Source: a virus
Strand: one strand, 5' to 3'
DNA: 41,151 bases
Virus record (IMG/VR): IMGVR_UViG_3300045136_000406
In this document: positions 6,745-14,369 of the stretch, piece by piece
Numbering within the stretch: the first letter of the stretch is position 1
How the letters are laid out: every line of letters starts with the position of its first letter
Notes under the pieces: model-generated
Databases searched by the model: none
The model's input: only the letters and a program-made list of their open reading frames with translations
What the model was told of the DNA's origin: nothing
Position numbers and translations under genes: made by a program

Positions 6745-7152
6745 ATGGACGAGGCCATCGCCGAGTTCGACCCGGCGTACCCGTTCCTGGATGACCAGCC
6801 CGACTGGCTGGTCCAGGCGCGGACGCGCGACGGCTACGATGCCGCGTGCGCGGCGCTCGGGATCGAGACGCGGAGCGACCGCGAGGTCGAGCGCGACGAG
6901 TACGCGCTCGACTACGCCAACTACAGCGGGGCCGAGTGGGCGGCGCTCGGCCGCGCGGCGCGGCTGCACCATCTGCTGGGCCGCCGCCGCCTGGCGGGCA
7001 TCCGCGAGGAGCGCGCCGCCGCCAGAACACGGCCATCCGCCCCGCCGACCCGCCGCTGCGCCCGCTGCGGCGCCGAGACGCGCCTGGCGCTCCTGATGTC
7101 GTCCGCGGACGGGGTGGTGTGCCCCGACTGCTACGACCTGGTGGAGGGCTGA
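6745..7152 (+). CDS. Hypothetical protein (135 aa) with C-terminal CxxC...CxxC zinc ribbon
   Basis: ATG at 6745 (residue 20 of the track ORF) after a strong SD. ...RRCARCGAETRLALLMSSADGVVCPDCYDLVEG. Confidence 0.6.
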   Translation: MDEAIAEFDPAYPFLDDQPDWLVQARTRDGYDAACAALGIETRSDREVERDEYALDYANYSGAEWAALGRAARLHHLLGRRRLAGIREERAAARTRPSAPPTRRCARCGAETRLALLMSSADGVVCPDCYDLVEG

Positions 7153-7153
7153 G

Positions 7154-7387
7154 ATGACGGAGACGCTGACCCAGGACATCGTCCTGGCCGAGCTGGCTGG
7201 CGAGGTGGGCGAGCCGTGGCGGCGGGTGTCCCTGCCGCGCGGGACCGAGATCGTGGTCGAGGCCGACTACCCCGGCCACACGCTCGTGCGTGTGGCCGCC
7301 GGGTTCGGCGTGCTGCTGGTCGGGGATCCGACCATGGTCGCCGCCGCGCTGGGGCGGCCGGGAACGCTGGGGGCTGACCTGTGGTGA
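7154..7387 (+). CDS. Hypothetical protein (77 aa)
   Basis: Track ORF with normal composition; starts 2 nt after the preceding stop. Confidence 0.55.
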   Translation: MTETLTQDIVLAELAGEVGEPWRRVSLPRGTEIVVEADYPGHTLVRVAAGFGVLLVGDPTMVAAALGRPGTLGADLW

Positions 7388-7410
7388 GCCCCGATCTGGA
7401 GGAGAAGCAC

Positions 7411-7761
7411 ATGATGGACGAGCGGACCAGGGCGGCGCATCTGATCGTGGACATGGGCGAGACCTGGCGCGCGCTGGTGCAGCACACCAGCGGCGATCTC
7501 TGGATCGTGGACCTGGACGCCCAGGAGCCCGCGAGCGGCCATCCGCGCATCGTCGGCGCGGTCCAGACGACCGCACGCGAGCTGGGCGCCGCGCTCGGCC
7601 GGGACTGGCCCAGCGGCGAGTACGGGCTCCCGCCCGCGCTCAAGGCCGCCATGGCGGACGTGATCGCGTCCGCGGTCAACCTCGGGATCGAGGATATCGA
7701 GTGGCTCCAGGCGGAGGAGGCCGGGTCCCGGCTGCGCTACCCCCTGGCGCTGGTGGGCTGA
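7411..7761 (+). CDS. Hypothetical protein (116 aa)
   Basis: ATG at 7411 (residue 11 of the track ORF) preceded by GGAGGAG. Normal composition. Confidence 0.55.
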   Translation: MMDERTRAAHLIVDMGETWRALVQHTSGDLWIVDLDAQEPASGHPRIVGAVQTTARELGAALGRDWPSGEYGLPPALKAAMADVIASAVNLGIEDIEWLQAEEAGSRLRYPLALVG

Positions 7762-7765
7762 GGAG

Positions 7766-7954
7766 ATGACCATGACGAGCGACCCGAGTCTGCTGCCGCC
7801 TCGCCCGGCGGGGACGTGCCAGCACTACGTGAGCTACGAGTTTCGGTGCAACGACTGCGCGATGCTCCGCCGCGCCGACCCGCGAGCGGCCGCCAGCCCG
7901 CCGGGCCGGCCCTGCACGCTCTGCGGCACGGATGTCGCGCTGGTGCCGCGATGA
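7766..7954 (+). CDS. Small Cys-containing protein (62 aa)
   Basis: Track ORF, GAGGAG SD. C..C...C..C pattern (CQHY..CNDC...CTLCG). ATGA overlap with the next gene. Confidence 0.5.
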   Translation: MTMTSDPSLLPPRPAGTCQHYVSYEFRCNDCAMLRRADPRAAASPPGRPCTLCGTDVALVPR

Positions 7955-8166
7955 CCCGCATCGAGCTGCGGGACGCGCGGCGCCGTCTGGGGCTCTCCCA
8001 GACGGCGCTCGGGGAGTTGCTGGGGGTCCGTATGCGGACCATCGCCCGCTGGGAGCGCGGCGTGACGCCCGTGCCCGAGTGGGCCGAGCTGGCGCTGGCG
8101 GAGCTCGCGCGGCGGATTGATGCGCTGCCGCCAGCGCGGCGCGAGCGGGCGCTCCCAGGCGCCTGA
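7951..8166 (+). CDS. XRE-type HTH protein (71 aa)
   Basis: ATG at 7951 (residue 46 of the track ORF). LRDARRRLGLSQTALGELLGVRMRTIARWERGVTPVP. Confidence 0.7.
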   Translation: MTRIELRDARRRLGLSQTALGELLGVRMRTIARWERGVTPVPEWAELALAELARRIDALPPARRERALPGA

Positions 8167-8179
8167 GAGGAGGAGAGAG

Positions 8180-8314
8180 ATGATCAGCTTTCCCTACATC
8201 CAGCTCCCGCCCGGCGCCGATGCCCCGCTCGCCCCCGCGGGCGGGCTGCGCGGCGCGAGCCGCACCGACGAGGAGGAGCGCCTCCTCGATGAGATCTGGG
8301 GGCCGCGCCGCTAG
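8180..8314 (+). CDS. Small hypothetical protein (44 aa)
   Basis: ATG at 8180 (residue 22 of the track ORF) after GAGGAGGAGAGAG. Confidence 0.4.
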   Translation: MISFPYIQLPPGADAPLAPAGGLRGASRTDEEERLLDEIWGPRR

Positions 8315-8398
8315 GTCCAGCGCACGCCGCTCGCCTCGGGTGACTGGGGCGGGCGGGGTGCGGGGGATCGGCAGACGATCAGCCGCACGGAGGAGACG

Positions 8399-8689
8399 AT
8401 GACCGCTGACGACATCATTCGCCAGATCGAGACGTGGGAGCCCCACTATCGGCTCCCAGGCGAGGAGACATGTCGCGACAATCGCGGCATCATCGGTGGT
8501 GGCTATGGCGACCACCAGGCCGTTGGCGACGCCGTGCGGCGACTGCGGTTCGGCACGAACCGCTATGGCGAGCTGCGCCGCGGAGGCCAGCTCCCCCCGC
8601 GCCAGTGCGCACTGTGCGGCGCGTTGGTCGTGCTGGAGGTCAGCCAGTCGAGTGGGCGCGGGATGCTCCGCGTGCGGCCGGTCGAGTGA
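8399..8689 (+). CDS. Hypothetical protein (96 aa)
   Basis: Track ORF, GGAGGAG SD, normal composition. Confidence 0.55.
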   Translation: MTADDIIRQIETWEPHYRLPGEETCRDNRGIIGGGYGDHQAVGDAVRRLRFGTNRYGELRRGGQLPPRQCALCGALVVLEVSQSSGRGMLRVRPVE

Positions 8690-8964
8690 CCAGCCCCACC
8701 TGCCCCGTGTGCGGCGAGACGCTCCGCCCCTACGGGCGGGGCGCCACCCGCCGCTACCACGGACCGCGCTGGACCTGCCCGCGCGCCTGGCGCGAGGTGG
8801 CACCCGACGCGGCGGGCATCCTGCGCCTGGCGCCCGACGCCGTGCACGGCGGGTGGCTCGTCGTGCTCGACCAGGCGCAGATCGAGGCGCTGGCGGCCGA
8901 GCACGAGCGCGCGGCCAGCGGCCAGGCGGACCGCGTCCCCGAGGACGACGGCCTGCCGTTCTGA
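8686..8964 (+). CDS. Zinc-ribbon protein (92 aa) ending in an SSB-tip-like tail ...VPEDDGLPF
   Basis: GTG at 8686 (residue 85 of the track ORF), GTGA overlap with the upstream stop. TCPVCGETL...WTCPRAW. C-terminus EDDGLPF. Confidence 0.5.
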   Translation: MTSPTCPVCGETLRPYGRGATRRYHGPRWTCPRAWREVAPDAAGILRLAPDAVHGGWLVVLDQAQIEALAAEHERAASGQADRVPEDDGLPF

Positions 8965-8976
8965 GGAGGAGCTGGA

Positions 8977-9330
8977 ATGGCCACCACGCTGCGCGTACTC
9001 GGCGAGCGGCCGAGCACCATCCCTGCGGGCTGGGAGGTCTGGAACGCGCCGCGCCCGCTGTTCGGCTCGCTGTGCTGGGAGGGGGAGTTCCGCCGCGGCG
9101 TGCACTACGCCGCGATTGACCCCGCGGACGAGTGGGCCACGCGCTGGGCGCGGCGCAACGAGCAGCTCGACGGCTGGCGGCTGGAGTGGCTGCCGCGCGA
9201 GACGACCCTGCGCGCCTACGCGGCGGAGCTCGCGGCGCGGGAGGGCTACCCGCTCGAGGAGCTGCTGGCGGACCTGGACATGGTCGCCGAGTCGTGGCGC
9301 GTGACCCGGTCGGTGGCGCGGGAGGGCTGA
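8977..9330 (+). CDS. Hypothetical protein (117 aa)
   Basis: Track ORF after a GAGGAGGAG SD; Trp-rich, normal composition. Confidence 0.6.
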   Translation: MATTLRVLGERPSTIPAGWEVWNAPRPLFGSLCWEGEFRRGVHYAAIDPADEWATRWARRNEQLDGWRLEWLPRETTLRAYAAELAAREGYPLEELLADLDMVAESWRVTRSVAREG

Positions 9331-9331
9331 G

Positions 9332-9542
9332 GTGGAGGAGCCGCGGCTGCTGCCCGCCAGCCCCGAGGCGCTGGCCGCGCTCGACGCGCGTGAGCTGGCC
9401 GCGCTCGACGCATGGCGTGGCCGTCTACGACGAGCTGTGCACCCGCTACGGGCTCGACCGCTCCGAGCCCGCTGGCGCCCAGCTCGCGGAGCGCGGCATC
9501 CTCACCGATGCCGAGGGCCGCTGGCTCGACGAGGAGGACTGA
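9332..9542 (+). other. Small gene with an apparent frame switch near 9410 (GTG 9332 frame, then +1 frame to TGA 9540-9542)
   Basis: Third-position G/C is high in the 9332 frame only up to about 9410. Beyond that it is high in the frame of the 9132..9542 track ORF (HGVAVYDELCTRYGLDRSEPAGAQLAERGILTDAEGRWLDEED). Confidence 0.35.
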
Positions 9543-9571
9543 TCGCCAACCACGCTCCTGGCTGCTGACCC

Positions 9572-9599
9572 GCCGCCCCCTGCACCCCCAGGGGGCGGC
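9572..9599. terminator. GC-rich hairpin (11-bp perfect stem, 6-nt loop) between convergent blocks; possible bidirectional terminator without a clear U-tract
   Basis: gccgccccctg-cacccc-cagggggcggc, read directly. Lies between the end of the plus block and the stop of 9607..9864. Confidence 0.45.
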
Positions 9600-9606
9600 T
9601 CCGCGT

Positions 9607-9864
9607 CTAGCCCCGCCCCTCTGCGACCGTTTTGCCCGCCGACCAGGCGCCGCTCGCCGCCAGTCCCACCAGCACCCCCAGCAGCGCCGCCTCCGCCAGC
9701 GGCCGCCCCAGCACCGCCGCCAGCGCCAGGTTCCAGGCGACCCCGAGCGCGATCGCCGCCGCCGGCCACAGCCGCTGATCGCGCAGCCATGGTTTCGCGA
9801 CGTGCACGAGCGCGACCACGACGGGCGCCCCCGCCACCCCGACCAGCCCCTGAAGCACGTCCAT
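9607..9864 (-). CDS. Holin-like small membrane protein (85 aa, about 3 hydrophobic segments)
   Basis: Track ORF, SD GGAGAGG. GLVGVAGAPVVVALVHV / WPAAAIALGVAWNLALAAVL / ALLGVLVGLAASGAW. Last gene of the lysis block. Confidence 0.5.
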   Translation of the reverse strand: MDVLQGLVGVAGAPVVVALVHVAKPWLRDQRLWPAAAIALGVAWNLALAAVLGRPLAEAALLGVLVGLAASGAWSAGKTVAEGRG

Positions 9865-9866
9865 CC

Positions 9867-10100
9867 CTAACCTCTCCTGACCGCCGTCCGCGAATCCCGC
9901 CGCGGCGCGCGTTGTCTCCAGCGATGTGGCGCTGCGACTGGTGCGGGGCGCGCTGCAAGTGGGGCGTCTGCTGGCGCTGCGGGGCTCTCGGGTCCGCGGC
10001 CGCAGAGCAGGCAGCCCCAGTCGAGCCCGCGGTCCTCGACGCGCTGGGCGCCGACGAGCACCCCGCCGCAGCCGGGCCAGCGGCAGCGGGGCAGGCTCAC
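9867..10100 (-). CDS. Small Cys-rich protein (77 aa), C-terminal half doubtful
   Basis: GTG start in a GTGA overlap. CRWPGCGG...CLLCG. Third-position G/C drops after about codon 38. Confidence 0.3.
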   Translation of the reverse strand: MSLPRCRWPGCGGVLVGAQRVEDRGLDWGCLLCGRGPESPAAPADAPLAARPAPVAAPHRWRQRAPRRDSRTAVRRG

Positions 10101-10210
10101 CCCTCAGCCCCCGTCCACCAGACGTGCCCGCCGAGGCAGCGCCACTGACGCAGCCACACGCCAGGCTCGGTGCAGCGCTGGAGCACCAGCGAGGCGGCGC
10201 GGCGACACAC
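10097..10210 (-). CDS. Small Cys/Trp-rich peptide (37 aa)
   Basis: My translation VCRRAASLVLQRCTEPGVWLRQWRCLGGHVWWTGAEG. GTG lies 8 nt after the GH25 stop. High third-position G/C. Confidence 0.3.
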   Translation of the reverse strand: MCRRAASLVLQRCTEPGVWLRQWRCLGGHVWWTGAEG

Positions 10211-10218
10211 GGGGCAGG

Positions 10219-10806
10219 TCACGCGCGCGCCGCCCAGCGACCGCGAAAGACCGAGCGGTCCACGGGCTCATCCGTCCATTGCTTGCCCGCCGCCTCGGTC
10301 CAGCCGCCGAACCCTGGCGAGCCGAGCATGGCACGGCCGTCGTAGCTGGCATACCACAGCGGCAGCGCCGAGAATTCCGCGCTGTCGCCGGTGCGTGGCG
10401 ACCACCACCAGGAGCCCGTGTAGATGCCCACCGCGAGCCCGCGCCGCTGGCACTCCGCGACAGCCTGGCGGATTACGCCCAGGCTGGGGTAGCTGCCATC
10501 GGTGAAGTCCTCGCAGTCGAGCCACAGGGGGTTGGACGGCCCGAGCTCGATCTGCGCCCTGGCAGCCGTGGCGAGCGCATTCGCCACCTGCACCCGCCCA
10601 TCGGGGCCCACGTAGACCCACACGTAGCCGCCCACCGTGCAGCCATGCGCTCGCGCCGCCGCCGCCTGCGCGATCGGGTACTCGGCCCCGACCCCACCCA
10701 GCTCCATCGGCTGGTACAACTTGCAGATCACGTGCTCGGGCTGGTAGCGGTCCAGCAGCGGCCCGATGTCGAGTCCCTGATGGCTGGAGACGTCGATCGC
10801 GCTCAC
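10219..10806 (-). CDS. GH25-family lysozyme (muramidase) endolysin
   Basis: GTG at 10806 (last 195 aa of the 480-aa track ORF). AIDVSSHQGLDI, LWLDCED, ...WYASY..., GKQWTDE fit GH25 signatures. Confidence 0.75.
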   Translation of the reverse strand: MSAIDVSSHQGLDIGPLLDRYQPEHVICKLYQPMELGGVGAEYPIAQAAAARAHGCTVGGYVWVYVGPDGRVQVANALATAARAQIELGPSNPLWLDCEDFTDGSYPSLGVIRQAVAECQRRGLAVGIYTGSWWWSPRTGDSAEFSALPLWYASYDGRAMLGSPGFGGWTEAAGKQWTDEPVDRSVFRGRWAARA

Positions 10807-10832
10807 CAGCCCCGTCGCGGGTGACGACGGGG

Positions 10833-11744
10833 CTACGGGAAAGGGACGACCGCGACCTGTCCCTCGAGGGTGGGGTCGAGCGCGTACAGCTCCGCCTCGG
10901 CGCTCTCGGCCCCGAACCCGCTCGCCTGCCAGCGGCCCTCGAGAATGCGGCGGATCGCCGCCGTCTGAAGTGATTGCTGCCGCTCGAGTATCTGAATCTC
11001 CTGGCGCTGCGCCGCCGCCAGCGCCTTCAGTGCCGCGATGTCCTCCGCCTGCGTCACCTGTCCCTCCATCCACTCCGCCGCCAGCGCGCTGAATGCGCGC
11101 TCCAGATCGTCGTGCCCCGCGATCCCCAGCGCCTCGCCCGGACGCGCGTCGCCGGGGGTCTCCAGCCACCAGGCGACCGCTGCCGCCCCCGCCGCCCGCG
11201 CCGCGCGCGCCACGGCCGCATCGGGCCAGCACTCGCTGATCACCAGCGGCAGCGGCGTGACCGCGCGGTAGTTCTCCAACAGAGAACCGACGGTCTCCTC
11301 CGTTGCCGCATAGAGGTGGAGAAGCACCACGTCCGCGCCCGCATCCGCCGCGGGCTCCGCCCATGCGGGCTGCCCGCTGATCAGGCCGGGCCAGCCGACC
11401 AGGATGGACGGGTTGACCGCGCGGAACGCCGCCGCCACGTCGCCGAGCAGCGCCGCGGCCGCTGCCTGGTCCATCGTCCACGAGGCGGGTCCGCTGCCAT
11501 CTGGCTCGTTGCCCGCCACTATCGCCGTGAGGCTCGGGCCGAACAGCGCCGCCGTGCGCTCGAGCGGTCCCGCCTCCCAGGCGCGCCGATCCACGATGCC
11601 GACCACCGCCAGCCCCGCCGCCGCGTGCTCGGCCAGCCGCAGCGGGTCCACCGTCTCCCACAGCGGCACGACCACCCAGGCCGCGCCCCGCTCGAGGGCC
11701 GCCCCCGCCTCGGGGACCGCCAGCGGCGGGAGTTGGAGGCCCAT
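10833..11744 (-). CDS. Clan GH-A-like TIM-barrel glycoside hydrolase 2, with C-terminal coiled coil
   Basis: ATG at 11744 (or GTG at 11756). IVAGNEPDG (NEP acid/base-like) and PLVISECW (nucleophile-like). The upstream part of the 537-aa track ORF is junk. Confidence 0.55.
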   Translation of the reverse strand: MGLQLPPLAVPEAGAALERGAAWVVVPLWETVDPLRLAEHAAAGLAVVGIVDRRAWEAGPLERTAALFGPSLTAIVAGNEPDGSGPASWTMDQAAAAALLGDVAAAFRAVNPSILVGWPGLISGQPAWAEPAADAGADVVLLHLYAATEETVGSLLENYRAVTPLPLVISECWPDAAVARAARAAGAAAVAWWLETPGDARPGEALGIAGHDDLERAFSALAAEWMEGQVTQAEDIAALKALAAAQRQEIQILERQQSLQTAAIRRILEGRWQASGFGAESAEAELYALDPTLEGQVAVVPFP

Positions 11745-11749
11745 CCCGC

Positions 11750-12829
11750 TCAGCACGGACCGCCCGCGCGCTGCCGCTCCGCCAGGGCGAGCGCGTCCAG
11801 CGCCGCGAACCCGTCGCGCGGCGCCCCGCTCGCGTCGCAGAGCTGGTAGCCGTGATAGTCGCTGTCCGCGCCAGGATCGACGAGCATGCTCACGATCCCG
11901 ACCGCATACCCCGCCGCCGCCAGCTGGGGCACGACCGCCGCCAGAAACGCCCGCTGGTCGCCAGGGTCGCCGAACTCGGTCAGCCACACGGGCGCCTCGG
12001 GCGGCACCCCGCACGCCCGCAGCGTGGCGAGCGCCGCCCTCGCGTCCGCCACCGTGCGCGCCGCCCCCGCCGCCGGTGCGATCGCGTGCACGCTCCAGGC
12101 GTCGAGCAGGTGCTGGCCGACCAGCGCCCGCACCAGCTGCTGGCCCCAGTCCGTCGCCAGCACCCCAGCCTGGAGGTCGGGGCCGACCAGCACCGCGCCC
12201 GGCACCGCCCCGCGCACCGCGTCCGCCTGGTCCGTGAGCAGGGCCAGCACCTCCGCCACCGTGCCGTCGCGCGGGCTCGGCTCGTTGGCCAGGCCCCACG
12301 CGGCGATCTGGGCGCCGTAGCGGCGGGCGATCAGCGCGGCGTCCGCGGGGCTCCGGTCCCCGAGCGAGTAGAGGATGCGCGGCCCGCCGTCCGCCAGCGC
12401 CGCGAACACCAGCGGCAGCGCGTGCACCGCCGTGACCCGCACCCACTGGAGGTGCGAGTCGTGCACGACCTTGAGCGCCCCCTGAATCCCAGGCCCGTTG
12501 TTCTGCAGCACGCCGAGCTGAATGCGCGATGCTGGCGGCGGTGCAGGGTCGGGGATTGGCAGCAGCGGCGGCCCAGGATCGGGGATCGGATCAGGGGGCG
12601 GGCCGTCGTCGGGCGGCACGGGCGGGGTGACGCCGCCCTCGAGCCGCGGCGTGGCGTTGGTCCAGCGGCCGGCGTGGGCGGGGTCGAGCGCGTCCACGAG
12701 CATGCGGCCGTAGCCCCAGTCGCCGCGCAGCACGGCCCGCCCCAGCTCCGTGAGCAGCCCCTGCTGCGTCTCCAGCAGCGCCAGCAGCGACTCCGCCGCC
12801 GCCAGCCGCCGCGCCAGATCGTCGCTCAT
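11750..12829 (-). CDS. Clan GH-A (GH5-like) TIM-barrel glycoside hydrolase 1, with N-terminal helical segment and Pro-rich linker
   Basis: ATG at 12829 (residue 47 of the track ORF, ATGA overlap). WGLANEP and VWLTEFG motifs. Linker PPVPPDDGPPPDPIPDPGPPLLPIPDPAPPP. Confidence 0.65.
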   Translation of the reverse strand: MSDDLARRLAAAESLLALLETQQGLLTELGRAVLRGDWGYGRMLVDALDPAHAGRWTNATPRLEGGVTPPVPPDDGPPPDPIPDPGPPLLPIPDPAPPPASRIQLGVLQNNGPGIQGALKVVHDSHLQWVRVTAVHALPLVFAALADGGPRILYSLGDRSPADAALIARRYGAQIAAWGLANEPSPRDGTVAEVLALLTDQADAVRGAVPGAVLVGPDLQAGVLATDWGQQLVRALVGQHLLDAWSVHAIAPAAGAARTVADARAALATLRACGVPPEAPVWLTEFGDPGDQRAFLAAVVPQLAAAGYAVGIVSMLVDPGADSDYHGYQLCDASGAPRDGFAALDALALAERQRAGGPC

Positions 12830-13026
12830 GCCCGCCTCCCCAGGAGCCGCCGCCACACGGCCCGCCGCGCGCGGCGGTGCAGCGCGCACACCGCCACGCT
12901 GCACGTCTCGGTCTGGCCGCCGATGCGCACCGCCAGCACCCGCTCGCCCACCGCTGGCCGCGTGCACAGGCGGCAGCGCGCCGCCAGCGCCCGCTCGACC
13001 AGGTACGCCGCCCGCCGCTCGCTCAC
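12826..13026 (-). CDS. Small Cys-containing protein (66 aa)
   Basis: Track ORF with coupled overlaps at both ends. Confidence 0.4.
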   Translation of the reverse strand: MSERRAAYLVERALAARCRLCTRPAVGERVLAVRIGGQTETCSVAVCALHRRARRAVWRRLLGRRA

Positions 13027-13241
13027 CCGAGATCGGCGCGGACGAACGCCACGACGTCGGCGAAGCTGCCGCTCTTGCCGTGCTTCTTGAAGTAGCGGTT
13101 GATGTGATTGCTGAGCCCGCTGACCTCGGCCAGGTCGGGATTCAGCTCCTTGATTCGGGCCTCAAGCTCATCGTGCGTGTGGTAGCCGTGCGATCGGCAC
13201 CAGTCGGTGCGGTCCTGCTCGAACTGCGCTGCGTTGGCCAC
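13023..13241 (-). CDS. Hypothetical protein (72 aa), visibly lower GC than neighbours
   Basis: Track ORF MANAAQFEQDRTDWCRSHGYHTHDELEARIKELNPDLAEV...; own SD AGGGAG. Confidence 0.6.
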   Translation of the reverse strand: MANAAQFEQDRTDWCRSHGYHTHDELEARIKELNPDLAEVSGLSNHINRYFKKHGKSGSFADVVAFVRADLG

Positions 13242-13286
13242 GTCAGTCTCCCTGTCCGTCTCGTCGCCGTGCGGCCCGCCGCCGCC

Positions 13287-13394
13287 TCAGTCCCAGCCGC
13301 GCCGCCAGCGCACCAGCCGCACCAGCGGCCGCGCGATCCGCTCGGGCAGCACGCACGCCGCCCAGCAGAGCCAGCAGCACGCCCAGGGCGTCAC
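13287..13394 (-). CDS. Small Cys/Trp-rich peptide (35 aa)
   Basis: My translation VTPWACCWLCWAACVLPERIARPLVRLVRWRRGWD. GTGA overlap with the upstream stop. All third positions are G/C in this frame. Confidence 0.3.
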   Translation of the reverse strand: MTPWACCWLCWAACVLPERIARPLVRLVRWRRGWD

Positions 13395-13624
13395 CCCGTC
13401 ACCCGCCCGCCAGGGCCCGCCTCGTCGCTCAGACGGCCGTGCTCGACCAGCCAGAGCGCGAACCAGGCGCGCGACCGATCGATGCTCGGGTCCAGCCGCG
13501 CCGTGTCCCCCTGCCCCGCCGCCGCCGTGCCCAGCAGTGCCCGCACCTGGTCCCAGATGCGCGGCCGCTCGGGGACCCCAGACGGCCAGCCGTCTGGGGA
13601 GCCCCGCTCGCCCTGCCCAGCCAT
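13391..13624 (-). CDS. Hypothetical protein (77 aa)
   Basis: ATG at 13624 (last 77 aa of the 282-aa track ORF), sharing one base with the upstream stop. Confidence 0.45.
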   Translation of the reverse strand: MAGQGERGSPDGWPSGVPERPRIWDQVRALLGTAAAGQGDTARLDPSIDRSRAWFALWLVEHGRLSDEAGPGGRVTG

Positions 13625-14292
13625 CACTCCCCCCCGCGCGGCGCCTTCGCCCCGCGCTGGCGCACCGCGTCCAGCACCGCCGAGCCCGCCAGCAGATCGC
13701 CCAGGATCGTGGTCTGCTGCACCAGGTTGGCCTCCAATCGCTGGTGCTCGGCGCTCGCCGCCCGGTTGCGATCCTCGGTCACGCGCGTGTTGGCCTGGAT
13801 CGCCTCGGCCATCCGCGCCAATCCCGCCTCCGTCGTGCGGATCAGCCCCGTCACCAGCTCGAGCGTCGCCGAGTCCTTGCCGCTCATCGCCGACTGCGCC
13901 TGCTCGAGCCGCGCGTTGAGCGCCATGATGTGCGCCTCCTGGCTGGCGATCTGCTGGTCCTTGGCCCCGACAAGGGCCGCGTTTTTGGCCTCGGTGCTGC
14001 GGAACAGCACCGCGATCGGGGTGGCCAGCGCCCCGAACACGAGGCCGACCAGGGCGACGGTGGAGAACGAGACGTTGGCGTCCGCCTGCTGGAGCGGCAG
14101 GTGCGCCCCGCGCAGCAGCAGCCCGACCGTGGTCCCCAGCCCCACGCTGCTGGCCCCGAGCAGGGTCTCCCAGCGGCCTAGCGCCCACCACATGCGCACA
14201 CCGCCCCTCGCAGACTCGGCCAGCACCCGCGCCACACATTCCGCCGCCATGCTAGCGCCCCCGCGCGCGCGAGACAAGGCGCCGCCACACAT
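13624..14292 (-). CDS. Membrane protein with two hydrophobic segments and a C-terminal coiled coil (start uncertain: 14292, 14250 or 14193)
   Basis: Track ORF. WWALGRWETLLGASSVGLGTTVGLLL and VALVGLVFGALATPIAVLF, then Q/A/E-rich heptad-like sequence. First gene of the lysis-side operon. Confidence 0.5.
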   Translation of the reverse strand: MCGGALSRARGGASMAAECVARVLAESARGGVRMWWALGRWETLLGASSVGLGTTVGLLLRGAHLPLQQADANVSFSTVALVGLVFGALATPIAVLFRSTEAKNAALVGAKDQQIASQEAHIMALNARLEQAQSAMSGKDSATLELVTGLIRTTEAGLARMAEAIQANTRVTEDRNRAASAEHQRLEANLVQQTTILGDLLAGSAVLDAVRQRGAKAPRGGE

Positions 14293-14369
14293 CCGCCCGT
14301 TGTGCGCCAGACGCGTTGCGTAACGCGGCCAACGATGCGCCGCTCACGCGGACGCGCTAGACTGGCGGG

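Noticed and set aside
9789-10148. Plus-strand ORF containing MWRCDWCGARCKWGVCWRCG (zinc-ribbon-like), antisense to the lysis operon
   Set aside because: No SD before its ATG, and it would be a lone antisense gene. However, third-position G/C is good for about 25 codons where the minus-strand ORF (9867..10100) is weak, so the assignment here is uncertain rather than settled.
14315-14363. Complete sigma70-type promoter for the GT-like gene
   Set aside because: Only a -10-like TAGACT is convincing. TTGCGT lies about 37 nt upstream, too far for a -35. Mentioned only as a hypothesis for a leaderless transcript.
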